Of a DNA stretch of 64,000 nt, positions 48,966-59,370 are shown piece by piece. Under the pieces are notes generated by a model that did not search any database, was not told the DNA's origin, and worked only from the letters and a program-made list of their open reading frames with translations. A program made the translations under genes and the position numbers. How positions within the stretch are numbered: the first letter of the stretch is position 1; every line of letters begins with the position of its first letter. The stretch spans positions 54,869 to 118,868 of the forward strand of contig JBDRNJ010000024.1 in the NCBI GenBank assembly GCA_043811375.1. Direction: 5' to 3'. The stretch is from a bacterium. GTDB taxonomy: Bacteria; Zixibacteria; MSB-5A5; GN15; FEB-12.

Positions 48966-51419
48966 TTACCGACTTACGGTCTCCTTCTTGTCAGTCTGCT
49001 TGCCGTTGAACGAAAAAGTCAGTTTGTTGTCACCGACGCCGATGATAAGGTCACAATCACCTGCATACTGCCCGCGAAGGATTTCTTCGGACAACGGATC
49101 CTCCAGGTACTTGCGCAGAGCCCGCTTGAGCGGTCGGGCACCGTACTCCGGTTCAAATCCCTTGTCGGCCAGGAAATCCCTGGCCTCGTCGGTGAGACTG
49201 AAACTGATCCCTTTCTCAGCCAATTGCTGAGCCGTTTCAGTCAGCAGAATACTTATGATCTCTCTGATATGATCCTTATCCAGCGAATGGAAGATTATCG
49301 TCTCATCTATCCGGTTAAGCAGCTCGGGATTAAATGCCTTTTTCAGTTCGTCCATAATCTTCTTGCGCATCCCGTCATATGAGGCATCGACTTTGTCGGC
49401 ATCAAAGCCGACCGTCTTGCCGTCACGAAGCTCTCTGGTACCCAGATTAGAGGTCATAATTATGACGGTGTTCTTGAAATCCACCTTGCGCCCGAAGGAA
49501 TCGGTCAACTGACCATCATCCATCAGTTGTAACAGGATGTTGAAAACATCGGGGTGGGCTTTCTCTATCTCGTCCAGCAGTACCACCGAGTACGGCTTGC
49601 GGCGTACCTTCTCGGTGAGCTGACCGCCCTCTTCGTAGCCGACATACCCCGGCGGAGCACCTATGAGACGAGAAACGGCAAACTTCTCCATGTATTCGGA
49701 CATATCGATGCGGATTAGGGAATCGGTGTCTTCAAACATGAACAACGCCAGCGACCTCGCCAGCTCTGTCTTACCCACACCGGTCGGTCCCAGGAATATG
49801 AAGGAGCCGATGGGCCGACGGGGATCGCTCAAACCGGCTCGTGCCCGACGGATGGATCGGGCGATAGTAGTGATCGCCTCTTCCTGTCCCACGATTGTCT
49901 TCTTGATTTCCTCTTCCATTCTCAACAGGCGCTTGGATTCGTTTTCCTCAAGTCGGAACAGCGGGATACCGGTCATCTTGGCCAGCACCGTGGCCACATC
50001 TTCGGAACTCAGGACAACTTTCTCCTTTTCCCGACTCTCCTCCCACTCCTTTTGCAGCGCGGCGGCCTCTTCTTTCTTAGCCTTGATCTCGTCACGTAAT
50101 TGGGCAGCGGTTTCGAAGGCCTGATTCTTGACAGCAGCCTCCTTTTTCTCCTGCAGCTCTGTCAATTCGTTTTCAATAGTCGTGAATTTCTCAGGGCGGG
50201 TGTAGGTCGACAGATGAGCCCGGGATCCGGCTTCATCGATGAGATCGATGGCCTTATCCGGCTGGAATCTCCCTGAGACATACCGGTTGGACAGTTTCAC
50301 GGCCGCCTCGATGGCACTGTCGGATATTTTCAGTCGATGATGTTCTTCGTACCTGGAGCGCAGACCTCTGAGGATATTGATCGTGTCCTGTTCACTGGGC
50401 GGCTCGACAACAACTGTCTGAAAGCGCCGGTCCAGGGCACCGTCCTTTTCGATAAACTTGCGGTATTCGTTCATGGTAGTGGCGCCGATACAACGCAGTT
50501 CGCCACGCGCCAGCGAGGGTTTGAAGATGTTGGAGGCATCCAGTGAACCCTCGGCCCCGCCGGCTCCGACGATGGTGTGAATTTCATCTATGAAAATGAT
50601 GACGTCGTTGCAGTTGATGATCTCGTTGAGAACCGCTTTGAGACGTTCCTCGAACTGGCCCCGATACTTGGTACCGGCCACCAGCGAAGCCATATCGAGC
50701 GTCACCACCCGTTTGTTTTCCAGAGTCTGAGGTATCCGGTTTTCGACGATGCGTTGGGCCAGGCCCTCGGCAATAGCGGTCTTACCTACCCCCGGTTCAC
50801 CAATCAGAACCGGGTTGTTTTTCTTGCGGCGAGAGAGCACCTGTGCCACGCGTTCGATCTCGTCTTCCCGACCGATAATCGGATCCAGTTTACCGCGACG
50901 GGCCAGTTCCGTCAGATCGCGTCCAAAATGATCCAGCGCCGGCGTTTTGGATTTTTTGCGTTTCTTCTTAAACGACGAAGGCTTGCCGTTGAGGATGTTC
51001 TTGAGTTCCTCGTAAGCCTCCTTGTAATCTATCTCGTACATCGACAACACCTGGGCCGCCACTCCCTCCTCGTCCTTGAGCAAGGCCAGCAGTACGTGTT
51101 CGGTGTCTATGTCCTTGGACCTGAGCGCCCGGGCCTCCTGACCGGAGACTTCCAGAGTTTTCTTGGCCCGAGCCGTCAACGGTAACTGACCCATGGTCAT
51201 GGTTCCCCCGGACGGTTGCACTACCTCCTCAATGGATGTTTTCAGATCGTTGAGTTCCAGTCCCAGGTTGGCAATAATCTCAATGGCGCGTCCGTCGCCA
51301 AGGCGAATGAGTCCCAGCAGGAGATGCTCAGTCCCGATATAGTCATGCCGCAGGCGGGAGGCTTCAACGCGGGCATACTCTATCGCTTTGCGGGCATTCT
51401 CGGTAAACATCTCATTCAT
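48966..51419 (-). CDS. clpC: ATP-dependent Clp protease ATPase subunit ClpC
   Basis: Two Clp-N repeats, GEPGVGKT, a UVR-type middle domain, GPTGVGKT and a VGF ClpP-docking loop. Confidence 0.96.
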   Translation of the reverse strand: MNEMFTENARKAIEYARVEASRLRHDYIGTEHLLLGLIRLGDGRAIEIIANLGLELNDLKTSIEEVVQPSGGTMTMGQLPLTARAKKTLEVSGQEARALRSKDIDTEHVLLALLKDEEGVAAQVLSMYEIDYKEAYEELKNILNGKPSSFKKKRKKSKTPALDHFGRDLTELARRGKLDPIIGREDEIERVAQVLSRRKKNNPVLIGEPGVGKTAIAEGLAQRIVENRIPQTLENKRVVTLDMASLVAGTKYRGQFEERLKAVLNEIINCNDVIIFIDEIHTIVGAGGAEGSLDASNIFKPSLARGELRCIGATTMNEYRKFIEKDGALDRRFQTVVVEPPSEQDTINILRGLRSRYEEHHRLKISDSAIEAAVKLSNRYVSGRFQPDKAIDLIDEAGSRAHLSTYTRPEKFTTIENELTELQEKKEAAVKNQAFETAAQLRDEIKAKKEEAAALQKEWEESREKEKVVLSSEDVATVLAKMTGIPLFRLEENESKRLLRMEEEIKKTIVGQEEAITTIARSIRRARAGLSDPRRPIGSFIFLGPTGVGKTELARSLALFMFEDTDSLIRIDMSEYMEKFAVSRLIGAPPGYVGYEEGGQLTEKVRRKPYSVVLLDEIEKAHPDVFNILLQLMDDGQLTDSFGRKVDFKNTVIIMTSNLGTRELRDGKTVGFDADKVDASYDGMRKKIMDELKKAFNPELLNRIDETIIFHSLDKDHIREIISILLTETAQQLAEKGISFSLTDEARDFLADKGFEPEYGARPLKRALRKYLEDPLSEEILRGQYAGDCDLIIGVGDNKLTFSFNGKQTDKKETVSR

Positions 51420-51493
51420 CGTGAAACATCCTTCCTGTATTAATATGCATCATTCTCTATTTAGTGTGGGCGTCTGTCAGTCAGTACGGTTTC

Positions 51494-52558
51494 CTAATTG
51501 TCGCTGAGACGTAGTTTCTCCCGCACCATTTGGGCACGGATAAAATCGCGACGGGTGTTGTCCATTTCCCGGCCATAATACTTTTGCAGATGAGCCGGTT
51601 GAGACAGAAGCAGGATCTCGTTGACCAGAGCTATATCGAGAAAGTCAATGATCTTCATGGCATGGCCCAACCGCAGAGCCGACAGCAGGTTCATAACCTC
51701 TTCCGAGGTCAACACGCGGGCGTTCCTGAGAATACCGTAAGCGCGCCATATCTTGTCCTCGATCATATCGGCCGCCTCATCGATCAGACGCTGTCTGGCG
51801 GACGCCTCCCGGTCAATAACTTCACGCGTAATGCGATCAAGCTGACTGAGAATCTCGTCTTCGGTAACACCCAGCGTATTCTGGTTGGAAAGCTGAAACA
51901 GATTACCCGACACGTCGGTACCCTCTCCGTAAAAGCCTCTGACGACAAGGCCGGAGCGGGTGATGTAGGAAACCACTTTGTCTATCTCACACGTCAGTAC
52001 CAGTCCGGGCAGATGGATCAGAACCGATGCCCGCATTCCCGTACCGGCATTGGTGGGGCAGGCGGTCAGGTAACCGAAGTCGGCATCATAATCGTATTCC
52101 AGGTAGCGACCGATCTCAGTGTCGTACTCTACAGCCAATTCATGGGCACCCCGGGGATCAAGTCCCGGCGCCAATGCCTGAAGCCGGATATGGTCCTCCT
52201 CGTTGATCATAATGGATAACCGGTCATCGGAATCGACAAAGACTGCTTTGGCGGGGTCTCCATTAAGAAAAGCCGGCGAGATCAGGTGCCTTTCAATCAG
52301 AAAGTTCTTGTCGAGTGTGGAAATGTCGGCGGCTTTGACATAACTTCCCTCAGCCAGCATCTGCGACCGGGACAAGATGGAGTCAAAATAGCCTACCACC
52401 TGGTTGCGGGTATCACTATCAGCCGAGGTCGGGAACCGGCAACCGGCCACGTTGCGCGCCAGTCGAACTCGACTGGACAGCACCACCAGTGCTTCATCTC
52501 CCTTGCCCGACAACCATGTCGCCGGCGATTTGGCCATATCCTCAAACATCGTACCCAA
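51494..52558 (-). CDS. mcsB: Protein arginine kinase McsB
   Basis: SSRVRLARN, NEEDH, CPTN.GTG.RAS, RG.YGEG and QPAHLQ motifs. Confidence 0.95.
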   Translation of the reverse strand: MGTMFEDMAKSPATWLSGKGDEALVVLSSRVRLARNVAGCRFPTSADSDTRNQVVGYFDSILSRSQMLAEGSYVKAADISTLDKNFLIERHLISPAFLNGDPAKAVFVDSDDRLSIMINEEDHIRLQALAPGLDPRGAHELAVEYDTEIGRYLEYDYDADFGYLTACPTNAGTGMRASVLIHLPGLVLTCEIDKVVSYITRSGLVVRGFYGEGTDVSGNLFQLSNQNTLGVTEDEILSQLDRITREVIDREASARQRLIDEAADMIEDKIWRAYGILRNARVLTSEEVMNLLSALRLGHAMKIIDFLDIALVNEILLLSQPAHLQKYYGREMDNTRRDFIRAQMVREKLRLSDN

Positions 52559-52568
52559 CTTCTACTCC

Positions 52569-53102
52569 TTACTGAGATTTGTCAATAGGTAAGGATTCCC
52601 TTACAATTTTGAGCTTGTCGCGAATCTCCGCGGCCCGTTCGAAGTCTTCCGACTCTATCGCCTTTTTCAGTTCCAGTTCCAGACGCTCTTCTTCCTTGAT
52701 TGGAATCGGCAAACCGTCATTTGAATCCGAAGGGCTGAAGCTTGGAGTTTGTCCTCGGTGCAGGGAGGCACCATGGATTTTTCTCATTATCGGTTCCAGC
52801 GGTTGGCGAAATGCCCGATAGCATTCCCCACAACCGAAACGGCCCTGTTGCGTGAATCTCTCAAACGTCAGACCGCAGGCCTGACAGGTAATCTCATCGC
52901 GAACACTACCGGCGATGCCGGGCATATCCGCAGTCAGCCCGGAGAGTATCTCAGCCAGGGGGAAAGGGATATTATCCAGCGGTGAATGAAATCCGCGTGC
53001 GGCGGCACATTCATTACACAAATGCAGCGTTGTCTTCTCATTGTTGACGATCTGAGTAAACTTAACCCGTGCTTCGTGCTCTTTACAATCCTGACACAAC
53101 AT
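52569..53102 (-). CDS. mcsA: McsA activator (CxxC zinc fingers plus UVR domain)
   Basis: Four CxxC motifs, G..GC..CY..F, H.G and E.FE.AA.IRD. Confidence 0.95.
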   Translation of the reverse strand: MLCQDCKEHEARVKFTQIVNNEKTTLHLCNECAAARGFHSPLDNIPFPLAEILSGLTADMPGIAGSVRDEITCQACGLTFERFTQQGRFGCGECYRAFRQPLEPIMRKIHGASLHRGQTPSFSPSDSNDGLPIPIKEEERLELELKKAIESEDFERAAEIRDKLKIVRESLPIDKSQ

Positions 53103-53120
53103 TGGTCCTATACCCGCTTT

Positions 53121-53813
53121 CTAATCTCTTCGACGAATACTGCCATCTATTATCTCCAATCGACGATTACAACCCCGGGCCAACTCCCGGTTGTGGGTGG
53201 CAATAAGGAAAGTGGTGCCGTCATCTTCGTTGAGGTGAAACAGAAGTTCGTGCAGGGCACGCCCGGTAGAGGTATCAAGATTGCCTGACGGCTCGTCAGC
53301 TAAAACAATCTCCGGTTCATTGGCCAGGGCGCGGGCTACGGCCACTCGCTGTTGCTCCCCACCCGACATCTGTCTGGGGAGGTGACTCTTCCTACTGGTT
53401 AAACCAACTCGCTCGAGCAATAGTTCCCCCTTGCTCCGGCTCCGACTGCGAGGGACTCCTGAGATGATCAGGGGCATCATCACATTCTCCAGAGCCGTGA
53501 AATCATCCAGCAGATAATGGTGCTGAAAAACAAAACCCACCCGAGCATTCCGGAATCTCGCCAGCCATTGTTCCGACCGCCCTGAAAGAGAATGCCCGTC
53601 AATCAGGACCTCTCCGGCAGAGGGTCGGTCAAGACCGCCAAGAATATGCAACAGAGTCGACTTGCCAACTCCCGACGCTCCGGTTACCGCCACCATTTCG
53701 CTCCTTTGCAGTTTGAAGGTAACTCCCTTCAGAACCTGCAACCTGGTTTCGACCGTTTGGAACTCCCGATGTATATCAACCGCCGAGAGGATGTTCTCTT
53801 CTACTGCTTCCAT
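53121..53813 (-). CDS. lolD: Lipoprotein-releasing ABC transporter ATPase
   Basis: [30 protein letters not shown] and ADEP.GNLD motifs. Follows lolC/E. Confidence 0.88.
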   Translation of the reverse strand: MEAVEENILSAVDIHREFQTVETRLQVLKGVTFKLQRSEMVAVTGASGVGKSTLLHILGGLDRPSAGEVLIDGHSLSGRSEQWLARFRNARVGFVFQHHYLLDDFTALENVMMPLIISGVPRSRSRSKGELLLERVGLTSRKSHLPRQMSGGEQQRVAVARALANEPEIVLADEPSGNLDTSTGRALHELLFHLNEDDGTTFLIATHNRELARGCNRRLEIIDGSIRRRD

Positions 53814-53906
53814 ATACGATACACGCCTAAAGCCGGCCTATGGCCTTACATTACTGTTTTCGCCAGTTTTGCTCAAAGTTTTAGCAACCTGCCTGATTTC
53901 ACACAC

Positions 53907-55133
53907 TTACTGTCTCAAAACGTCAATTACGGGCAGCCGGGCCGCCTGGTATGCGGGATACAGAGCCGCCAGAAAACAGACAATAAGTGTCACAATTCCG
54001 GCCAGCACAAAGTCCAGAAGGTGAGTTTCGATCGGCAGATAGCTGATGAAATAGATATCCGGCGGCAACGAGATTATTTCATACCTGTTCTGCAGCCAGG
54101 CCGCCGCCAGAGCTACCAGCCAACCCGACACCGCACCCCAGGCGGCAATAGTTAATCCCTTATAAATAAATATCTTACGAATCGAAGCCGGTGTCGATCC
54201 GATTGTCTTGAGAATCCCGATCTCAGAGCTCTTCTCCATTGTGAGCATCACCAGCGTGGAAATTATCGAGAAACCGGCCACAATCACAATCAGAATGAAG
54301 CCCAAAAACAGAATCTTCTTTTCGATCGCAATCCACGAAAAGAGGTTTTTGTGCAATACATTCCAGGGGATTACATCGTAACGCTGCCCAAGAATCGAGT
54401 CGATCACAAGGGTCATCTCCGACGCCAGGTAGACATCATCGAGCTTAAGGTGCACGGTCGTCACGGCGTCACCGGTCCGGAACAATCGCTGGGCCTCCGG
54501 CAGGGAAATATAGGCCAGTTGAGCATCAAACTCGTACATGCCGGTCTCGAAAATGCCGGCAATATAGAACTTGGCCACCCGGGGGCGACTCATCTTTTGC
54601 AGGTCTTCTCCCCGCAAAGAGTACAGAACCACCGTCTGTCCCAAAAACACGCCTAACCGCTCGGCCAGATTGCTGCCCATCAACATGCCGGGAATAGTAT
54701 CGTCGTCGGTGATGATCGGTTCAAAAGAGTAGTCACCGACCGTCATGTCGCGGGTGATATTAGAGGTCAGTCTCTCCCTGTCCGGGTCTATTCCCCGGAC
54801 AATAATACCGTCACCGGCCGATGCCGATGACACCGCCGCCTTGTAGTAGATAAACGGCGAGGCAGCGACCACTCCGTCGATGGTGTTAAGCGTGTCGACC
54901 AGTTGCTTATAATCTTCGATAAGCATACCGTTGAGCGAAAAGATGGAGATATGCGAGGTAGTACCTAACAGTCGCGACCTGATCTCGGCCTCGAAGCCGT
55001 TGTGCATCGACATGACGAAACAAACCACCGCCACGCCCAGCGCCACCCCGAGGATAGTAATCCACGTCGACACCGAGGTAAAAAACTGCCCCGAACGCAT
55101 ATACCGCCGGGCTATGAAAATCTCGTATCCCAT
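53907..55133 (-). CDS. lolE: Lipoprotein-releasing ABC transporter permease (LolC/E family)
   Basis: E..IA.RY, GV.LGV....V.S..NGF, W...N.NLF, EIGILK..G and YP A..A motifs. Confidence 0.88.
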   Translation of the reverse strand: MGYEIFIARRYMRSGQFFTSVSTWITILGVALGVAVVCFVMSMHNGFEAEIRSRLLGTTSHISIFSLNGMLIEDYKQLVDTLNTIDGVVAASPFIYYKAAVSSASAGDGIIVRGIDPDRERLTSNITRDMTVGDYSFEPIITDDDTIPGMLMGSNLAERLGVFLGQTVVLYSLRGEDLQKMSRPRVAKFYIAGIFETGMYEFDAQLAYISLPEAQRLFRTGDAVTTVHLKLDDVYLASEMTLVIDSILGQRYDVIPWNVLHKNLFSWIAIEKKILFLGFILIVIVAGFSIISTLVMLTMEKSSEIGILKTIGSTPASIRKIFIYKGLTIAAWGAVSGWLVALAAAWLQNRYEIISLPPDIYFISYLPIETHLLDFVLAGIVTLIVCFLAALYPAYQAARLPVIDVLRQ

Positions 55134-55348
55134 TATCAGTCTTTCTATTTCTGTACGCCGCCGTCGCGATCACAACAGTCAATGTATACGGTGAGTGTGA
55201 GGAAAAGCAATGATATTTGGGGGCTTCATACTGATCGACTCACAGTCGGCCAGATACCGGGGCATGGCTAACTTCTATTTCCAACATAGTTTGTGGTTGC
55301 TACCCATCCGTGTGGCGTCAGGTGACCCGAGGTTGTCCCGAAAGTAAG

Positions 55349-55698
55349 GGGACTGTTGAAAAAGCCCCATTCACGTCATTGCGAGCGACAGCGTGGCAAT
55401 CTCGGATATTGAATGTCAACGAGATAGCCACGTCGCTTCGCTCCTCGCTATGGGCATAATACTCAGGAAATGTTGATGGTTTTGGTGTAATTGGTTGTTA
55501 TTCTTGGGATTTTATGGGACTGGACTGAGGAGCCTGAGAGTATGGGTCAAAAAAGATTCTGTCGGCACTACGGACTCAGCCCCGAACATCGCGAGAGCTA
55601 CTTCGCTTGTTACTTCCGACTATGCAGAAAGTAACGAATATCAACACAAAATGAGTATTATGCCCGCTATGACGTTTGTTATGTTTATCAACAAGCCC
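55349..55698. mobile_element. MITE family A (131 bp without insert), interrupted by MITE B
   Basis: TIRs GGGACTGTTGAAAAA / TTTATCAACAAGCCC (12/15) and a TAAG target duplication at 55345-48 and 55699-702. Confidence 0.8.
55452..55665. mobile_element. MITE B (214 bp) nested in MITE A
   Basis: Perfect 14-bp TIR GGGCATAATACTCA (21/26 when extended) and a 5-bp TSD GCTAT at 55447-51 and 55666-70. The empty site is seen in the 18343 copy. Confidence 0.88.
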
Positions 55699-55873
55699 TA
55701 AGCTATGGGTACATTTAACGTTGCATCTAATAAATCGTCATTCGGTAAACACGCGTATGGGCGGGCTTTATGTCCGCCGGTGGCGTCGCCAGTGACAAGT
55801 CAGTGACAAGCCACCTTTTACGCGCGGTCAGGAATCCTTTCCTGACCGCACCAAATGTAGCCGTCACGAAAGG

Positions 55874-56042
55874 AGAGGCTGTCCCAAAAGTTCATTGTTC
55901 TGTCAGTTCTTGCGTTTGGCTTACCAAACGTGTGAACTGACAGTTTAGCGATTCTATTGTCTATTCAGCACTTCCAGAGTTACCACCACTCCGACTTCGT
56001 CGTCGGCAAGACCTGTCGGAACCACCTTATGGGACAACCTCT
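55874..56042. mobile_element. MITE C (about 169 bp) inserted in the loop of a REP hairpin
   Basis: TIRs AGAGGCTGTCCCAAAAG / CTTATGGGACAACCTCT. It splits GCCGTCACGAAAGG|ATTCGTGACGGC, which is uninterrupted at about 18506-18531. Confidence 0.8.
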
Positions 56043-56136
56043 GGATTCGTGACGGCGTAAGGAAATCTTGTTCAGGGTATTGAGGGTGTGTGAGTCAACA
56101 GTGCCTTTGTCGGCATCGACCATCGCCGCCGCTCCC

Positions 56137-56853
56137 TCAATCCCACTTCACCCGGTAGCTGCGCCGGCCTCCGGATGAAGCGCGGGGGCGCTTTCCACGA
56201 GTGAGAAGTCTCAGTAGTGCATAGCCGAACGCAAAGCCCCCCACGTGCGCCATCCAAGCCACGCCGCCACCGACGGCGCTGCCGGTTATAGACATCAGCA
56301 ACTGGTACACAAACCAGATACCCAGGACAATCTTGGCCGGCAGTTTGACAAACTGGATGAAAAAGAACACCACCAGCACCGTTATCCGTGCCCGTGGATG
56401 CAGCACCATGTAAGCACCCATCACACCGGCAATCGCTCCCGAAGCACCCACCAGCGGCACTTGTGAGGAGGGACCGAAAAGGGTGTACAAAGCGATTGCC
56501 GCCAGTCCGGAAATAAGGTAAAACAGCAGGAATTTGACCGGCCCGAAAAAGTCCTCGATATTGTTGCCGTATATCCAGAGAAAGAGCATGTTGCCGATCA
56601 GGTGCATCCAGCCGCCATGCATAAACATCGAGGTGAATGGCGTCAGGTAAGCCGACGCGGCCAGTTCCGGCGTCAGTTCCAGACCGCTGACCAATTCCAC
56701 CGGGATGAAGCCGAACTGAATCGTAAACAAACGAAAACCGCGTGCCCCCAGTGAAATCGTGTAGAGAAAGATAAGGCAGTTGACGACAATCAACCCCACC
56801 GTCAGATATGGTTTACGGACAGTCGGGGTATCATCACGAATCGGTATAAACAA
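56137..56853 (-). CDS. Rhomboid family intramembrane serine protease
   Basis: SMFMHGG..HL.GNM.FLW..G.N.ED, catalytic GASG and AHVGGF. Probable TTG start. Confidence 0.93.
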   Translation of the reverse strand: MFIPIRDDTPTVRKPYLTVGLIVVNCLIFLYTISLGARGFRLFTIQFGFIPVELVSGLELTPELAASAYLTPFTSMFMHGGWMHLIGNMLFLWIYGNNIEDFFGPVKFLLFYLISGLAAIALYTLFGPSSQVPLVGASGAIAGVMGAYMVLHPRARITVLVVFFFIQFVKLPAKIVLGIWFVYQLLMSITGSAVGGGVAWMAHVGGFAFGYALLRLLTRGKRPRASSGGRRSYRVKWD

Positions 56854-56895
56854 CTTACACCTCACCGGCCGCTGTCAGTGACGACCCTGTGTGTC

Positions 56896-59178
56896 CTATT
56901 CCTTCACACGGAAATTGAGATATTTTTCCGCCATGTTACCGGCACGGTCGGTCACCCGTATGCCCAGATGATGTTTGCCGGGGGGCAACGGTTCCAGCGG
57001 TTTGGAGCGACATTGTCCGGTTTCGGGGTCGTATTCGGGAATCAACCACTTACCGTCGATTTTAATGACAATGTCACGGTCATCACCAATACCGGAAAGC
57101 GTGTCCTCGATTATAAAATTAACTGCCGGTTGATTGCTTTGATAGGTCCGTCCGTCGGCCAGCGTCAGGAATTTCAAGCGGGGCGGATCGTAGTCGAAAA
57201 CAGCGGCAAAAATGCCGCCACCGGTCGACGTAGCCGAGAGCAGCCCATCCTCGAACTTATTGTCCTCCAGCCAGACCCAGCGGTCTTCTTCCTGATCGAG
57301 CCAGCACAGTCCACTGACACGGTTAAACTGGTTGGTTGATGGAATTTCTAATAGTATCTCGAAATCCTCACGGCAGACGAAAGCCTCCGGTACAATCTCA
57401 TAAAATGGTGAATTAAGACGTTGCAGTGAGCGATTGTGCAGTGGCGTGCGTTTGAGTTCCAGATATCGAGGTCGGTAGAAGTTGTCCCGGCCCATTCGCA
57501 GGGAAAAAAGGTCACCGGCAGCTATTATTTCCTCCTGATCGAACCCCACCGCCACGATATGGACCGAATCTGAGTGCAGAACCGGATACACCGTATCCCT
57601 CGACAGAGCCACTGCGATCCGATCTATCCGAGCGTACTCCGGTCTGGGTGGAATGAAGCAGAGATAGCGTTTCATATTGAAGTACTGAGGATACTCGATA
57701 CCCAGCAAAGTGTCTGAACGATACAACTCCAGGCGAGTCCACGAACTATTGGTAGCGCTGGCATTAATGGCCACCAGCAGGCCGTCCTCGAGCACCTGAT
57801 GTTCCACACTAAACTTGGCGGTTCCCTTGGGCAACAAGCCGTTAAACAGGTTGTCGCGAATCAGGCAACCCTGGTGGGCATAAAGGAACAAGCGCATGAC
57901 GGCCGAACCGACCTTGTAACCATAAGCCCGACAACGCAAAACACCATCGTCGAGAAACGCCAGTTGCATACTGGGCGGAACACCCCAGCGTTCCTGGCGG
58001 TTCAGCATAACCTTAACAGAGTCCACTCGCAATTCTTTCAAATCGACCACGGGCGTGAAATAAAACAGGGTGGTGTCAGTAGTCACCTTTAAGGTTGAGT
58101 CCAGTGTGAAGATATTCCCGGGTGGTCCCCACAAAAACTCGAACGACAACTGGGCACTATTGCCAAAACAGTCCTCGGCTACAATCCGTCCCTTTTTCAG
58201 ACCGAGGCGCTGATCATTATTCAGACCGTAGATGCCGTCCGCACCGCCCTCTCCCCGGCTGCCGCCGTATACATTGCCGGCTTTCTTGAACAACGCCCGG
58301 ACATTCTTTCTGCCGGCAATCACTTCCTCGTAATCATACTCTAGCTTAACCGCCGCCTTCTGATCAAAATCCAGAGAATCAAAGACTACTTCGTATAGAA
58401 GTCGATCATCAACATAAAGGGACAGTCGGTACACCGACTGCTGCATCCCCCCGTCTCGCATCTGGTCGAAACAGTCAACCAGTATGCCCATAGGCCGGTG
58501 GAAATACAATGTCGTGTCCAGACGATAGTGACCCGGCTTCCCGGTCGGAACAACGTCCCAAAACATCTTGCGGGCACCAACGTCAAAAAGTGAACTGTCA
58601 TCTACGAGCTGGAAGCCGATGCGCGAAAAGACCGGTCGCATCTTGTCCTGTAAATCAAAACCATGACGCAGCGGATTGACCGGTACATTCTCCTCCGTAC
58701 GCACCTCAAACTGAACGTGCGGACCACCGGCCCCGCTCTGCCCGGTATAGGCGATAAAGTCACCCTTGCCGATCCGGATGGAATCTTCGGTAAAATTCAA
58801 ATCCTGGTAATAACGCTGCGAATCAACCTGAGCCGATTTCAACGGCAGATCAATATCGGGGGCAAAGTTCGCCAGATGTCCGAAAACGTAGACGAGGTCG
58901 TCATCGCCCTTGATGTACAAGACCTTACCATAACCAAAAAAGGAGGTCCGAACGCGGTATACATGACCATCTACAGGGGAGTACAGGCTTCGTCCGATTG
59001 TGCCGCCAGTTCTGATATCAACCCCGAAATGGAAATGATTGGGCCGGAAATCACCGAATCCGGATGATAGGTCGATACTCTGTCGCATGGGCCAGTCGGC
59101 CGCCGGTAAGCTGGTAGCTGTAACGGCGATAGCCATCGCGGTTAACAGGGTCGCGGATTTTGTCGATAATCTCAGCAT
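56896..59178 (-). CDS. Large secreted M23-family peptidase-domain protein with C-terminal Ig-like domain
   Basis: SS.FGDFR..HFH.GVD, GYG and G.SG...PHVQFE motifs. C-terminal D..PP...D..SG...V.D.AGN. Confidence 0.82.
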   Translation of the reverse strand: MLRLSTKSATLLTAMAIAVTATSLPAADWPMRQSIDLSSGFGDFRPNHFHFGVDIRTGGTIGRSLYSPVDGHVYRVRTSFFGYGKVLYIKGDDDLVYVFGHLANFAPDIDLPLKSAQVDSQRYYQDLNFTEDSIRIGKGDFIAYTGQSGAGGPHVQFEVRTEENVPVNPLRHGFDLQDKMRPVFSRIGFQLVDDSSLFDVGARKMFWDVVPTGKPGHYRLDTTLYFHRPMGILVDCFDQMRDGGMQQSVYRLSLYVDDRLLYEVVFDSLDFDQKAAVKLEYDYEEVIAGRKNVRALFKKAGNVYGGSRGEGGADGIYGLNNDQRLGLKKGRIVAEDCFGNSAQLSFEFLWGPPGNIFTLDSTLKVTTDTTLFYFTPVVDLKELRVDSVKVMLNRQERWGVPPSMQLAFLDDGVLRCRAYGYKVGSAVMRLFLYAHQGCLIRDNLFNGLLPKGTAKFSVEHQVLEDGLLVAINASATNSSWTRLELYRSDTLLGIEYPQYFNMKRYLCFIPPRPEYARIDRIAVALSRDTVYPVLHSDSVHIVAVGFDQEEIIAAGDLFSLRMGRDNFYRPRYLELKRTPLHNRSLQRLNSPFYEIVPEAFVCREDFEILLEIPSTNQFNRVSGLCWLDQEEDRWVWLEDNKFEDGLLSATSTGGGIFAAVFDYDPPRLKFLTLADGRTYQSNQPAVNFIIEDTLSGIGDDRDIVIKIDGKWLIPEYDPETGQCRSKPLEPLPPGKHHLGIRVTDRAGNMAEKYLNFRVKE

Positions 59179-59370
59179 TAGTAGTCCTGATTTATAAGGT
59201 TATAACCGAATAATTGCCTTTGAGACGCTTTGAGCAACGATTTTCGTATAAAAATAAATGCACTGTTGCAAAATCGACCCCATCAACCTTATATTTACGC
59301 CCGTTGCTGGATAAGACAGCAGGAGTGAATAGCTCCAGGCGAAGCCGTTGAACTAAAGGAGATAGAATAG

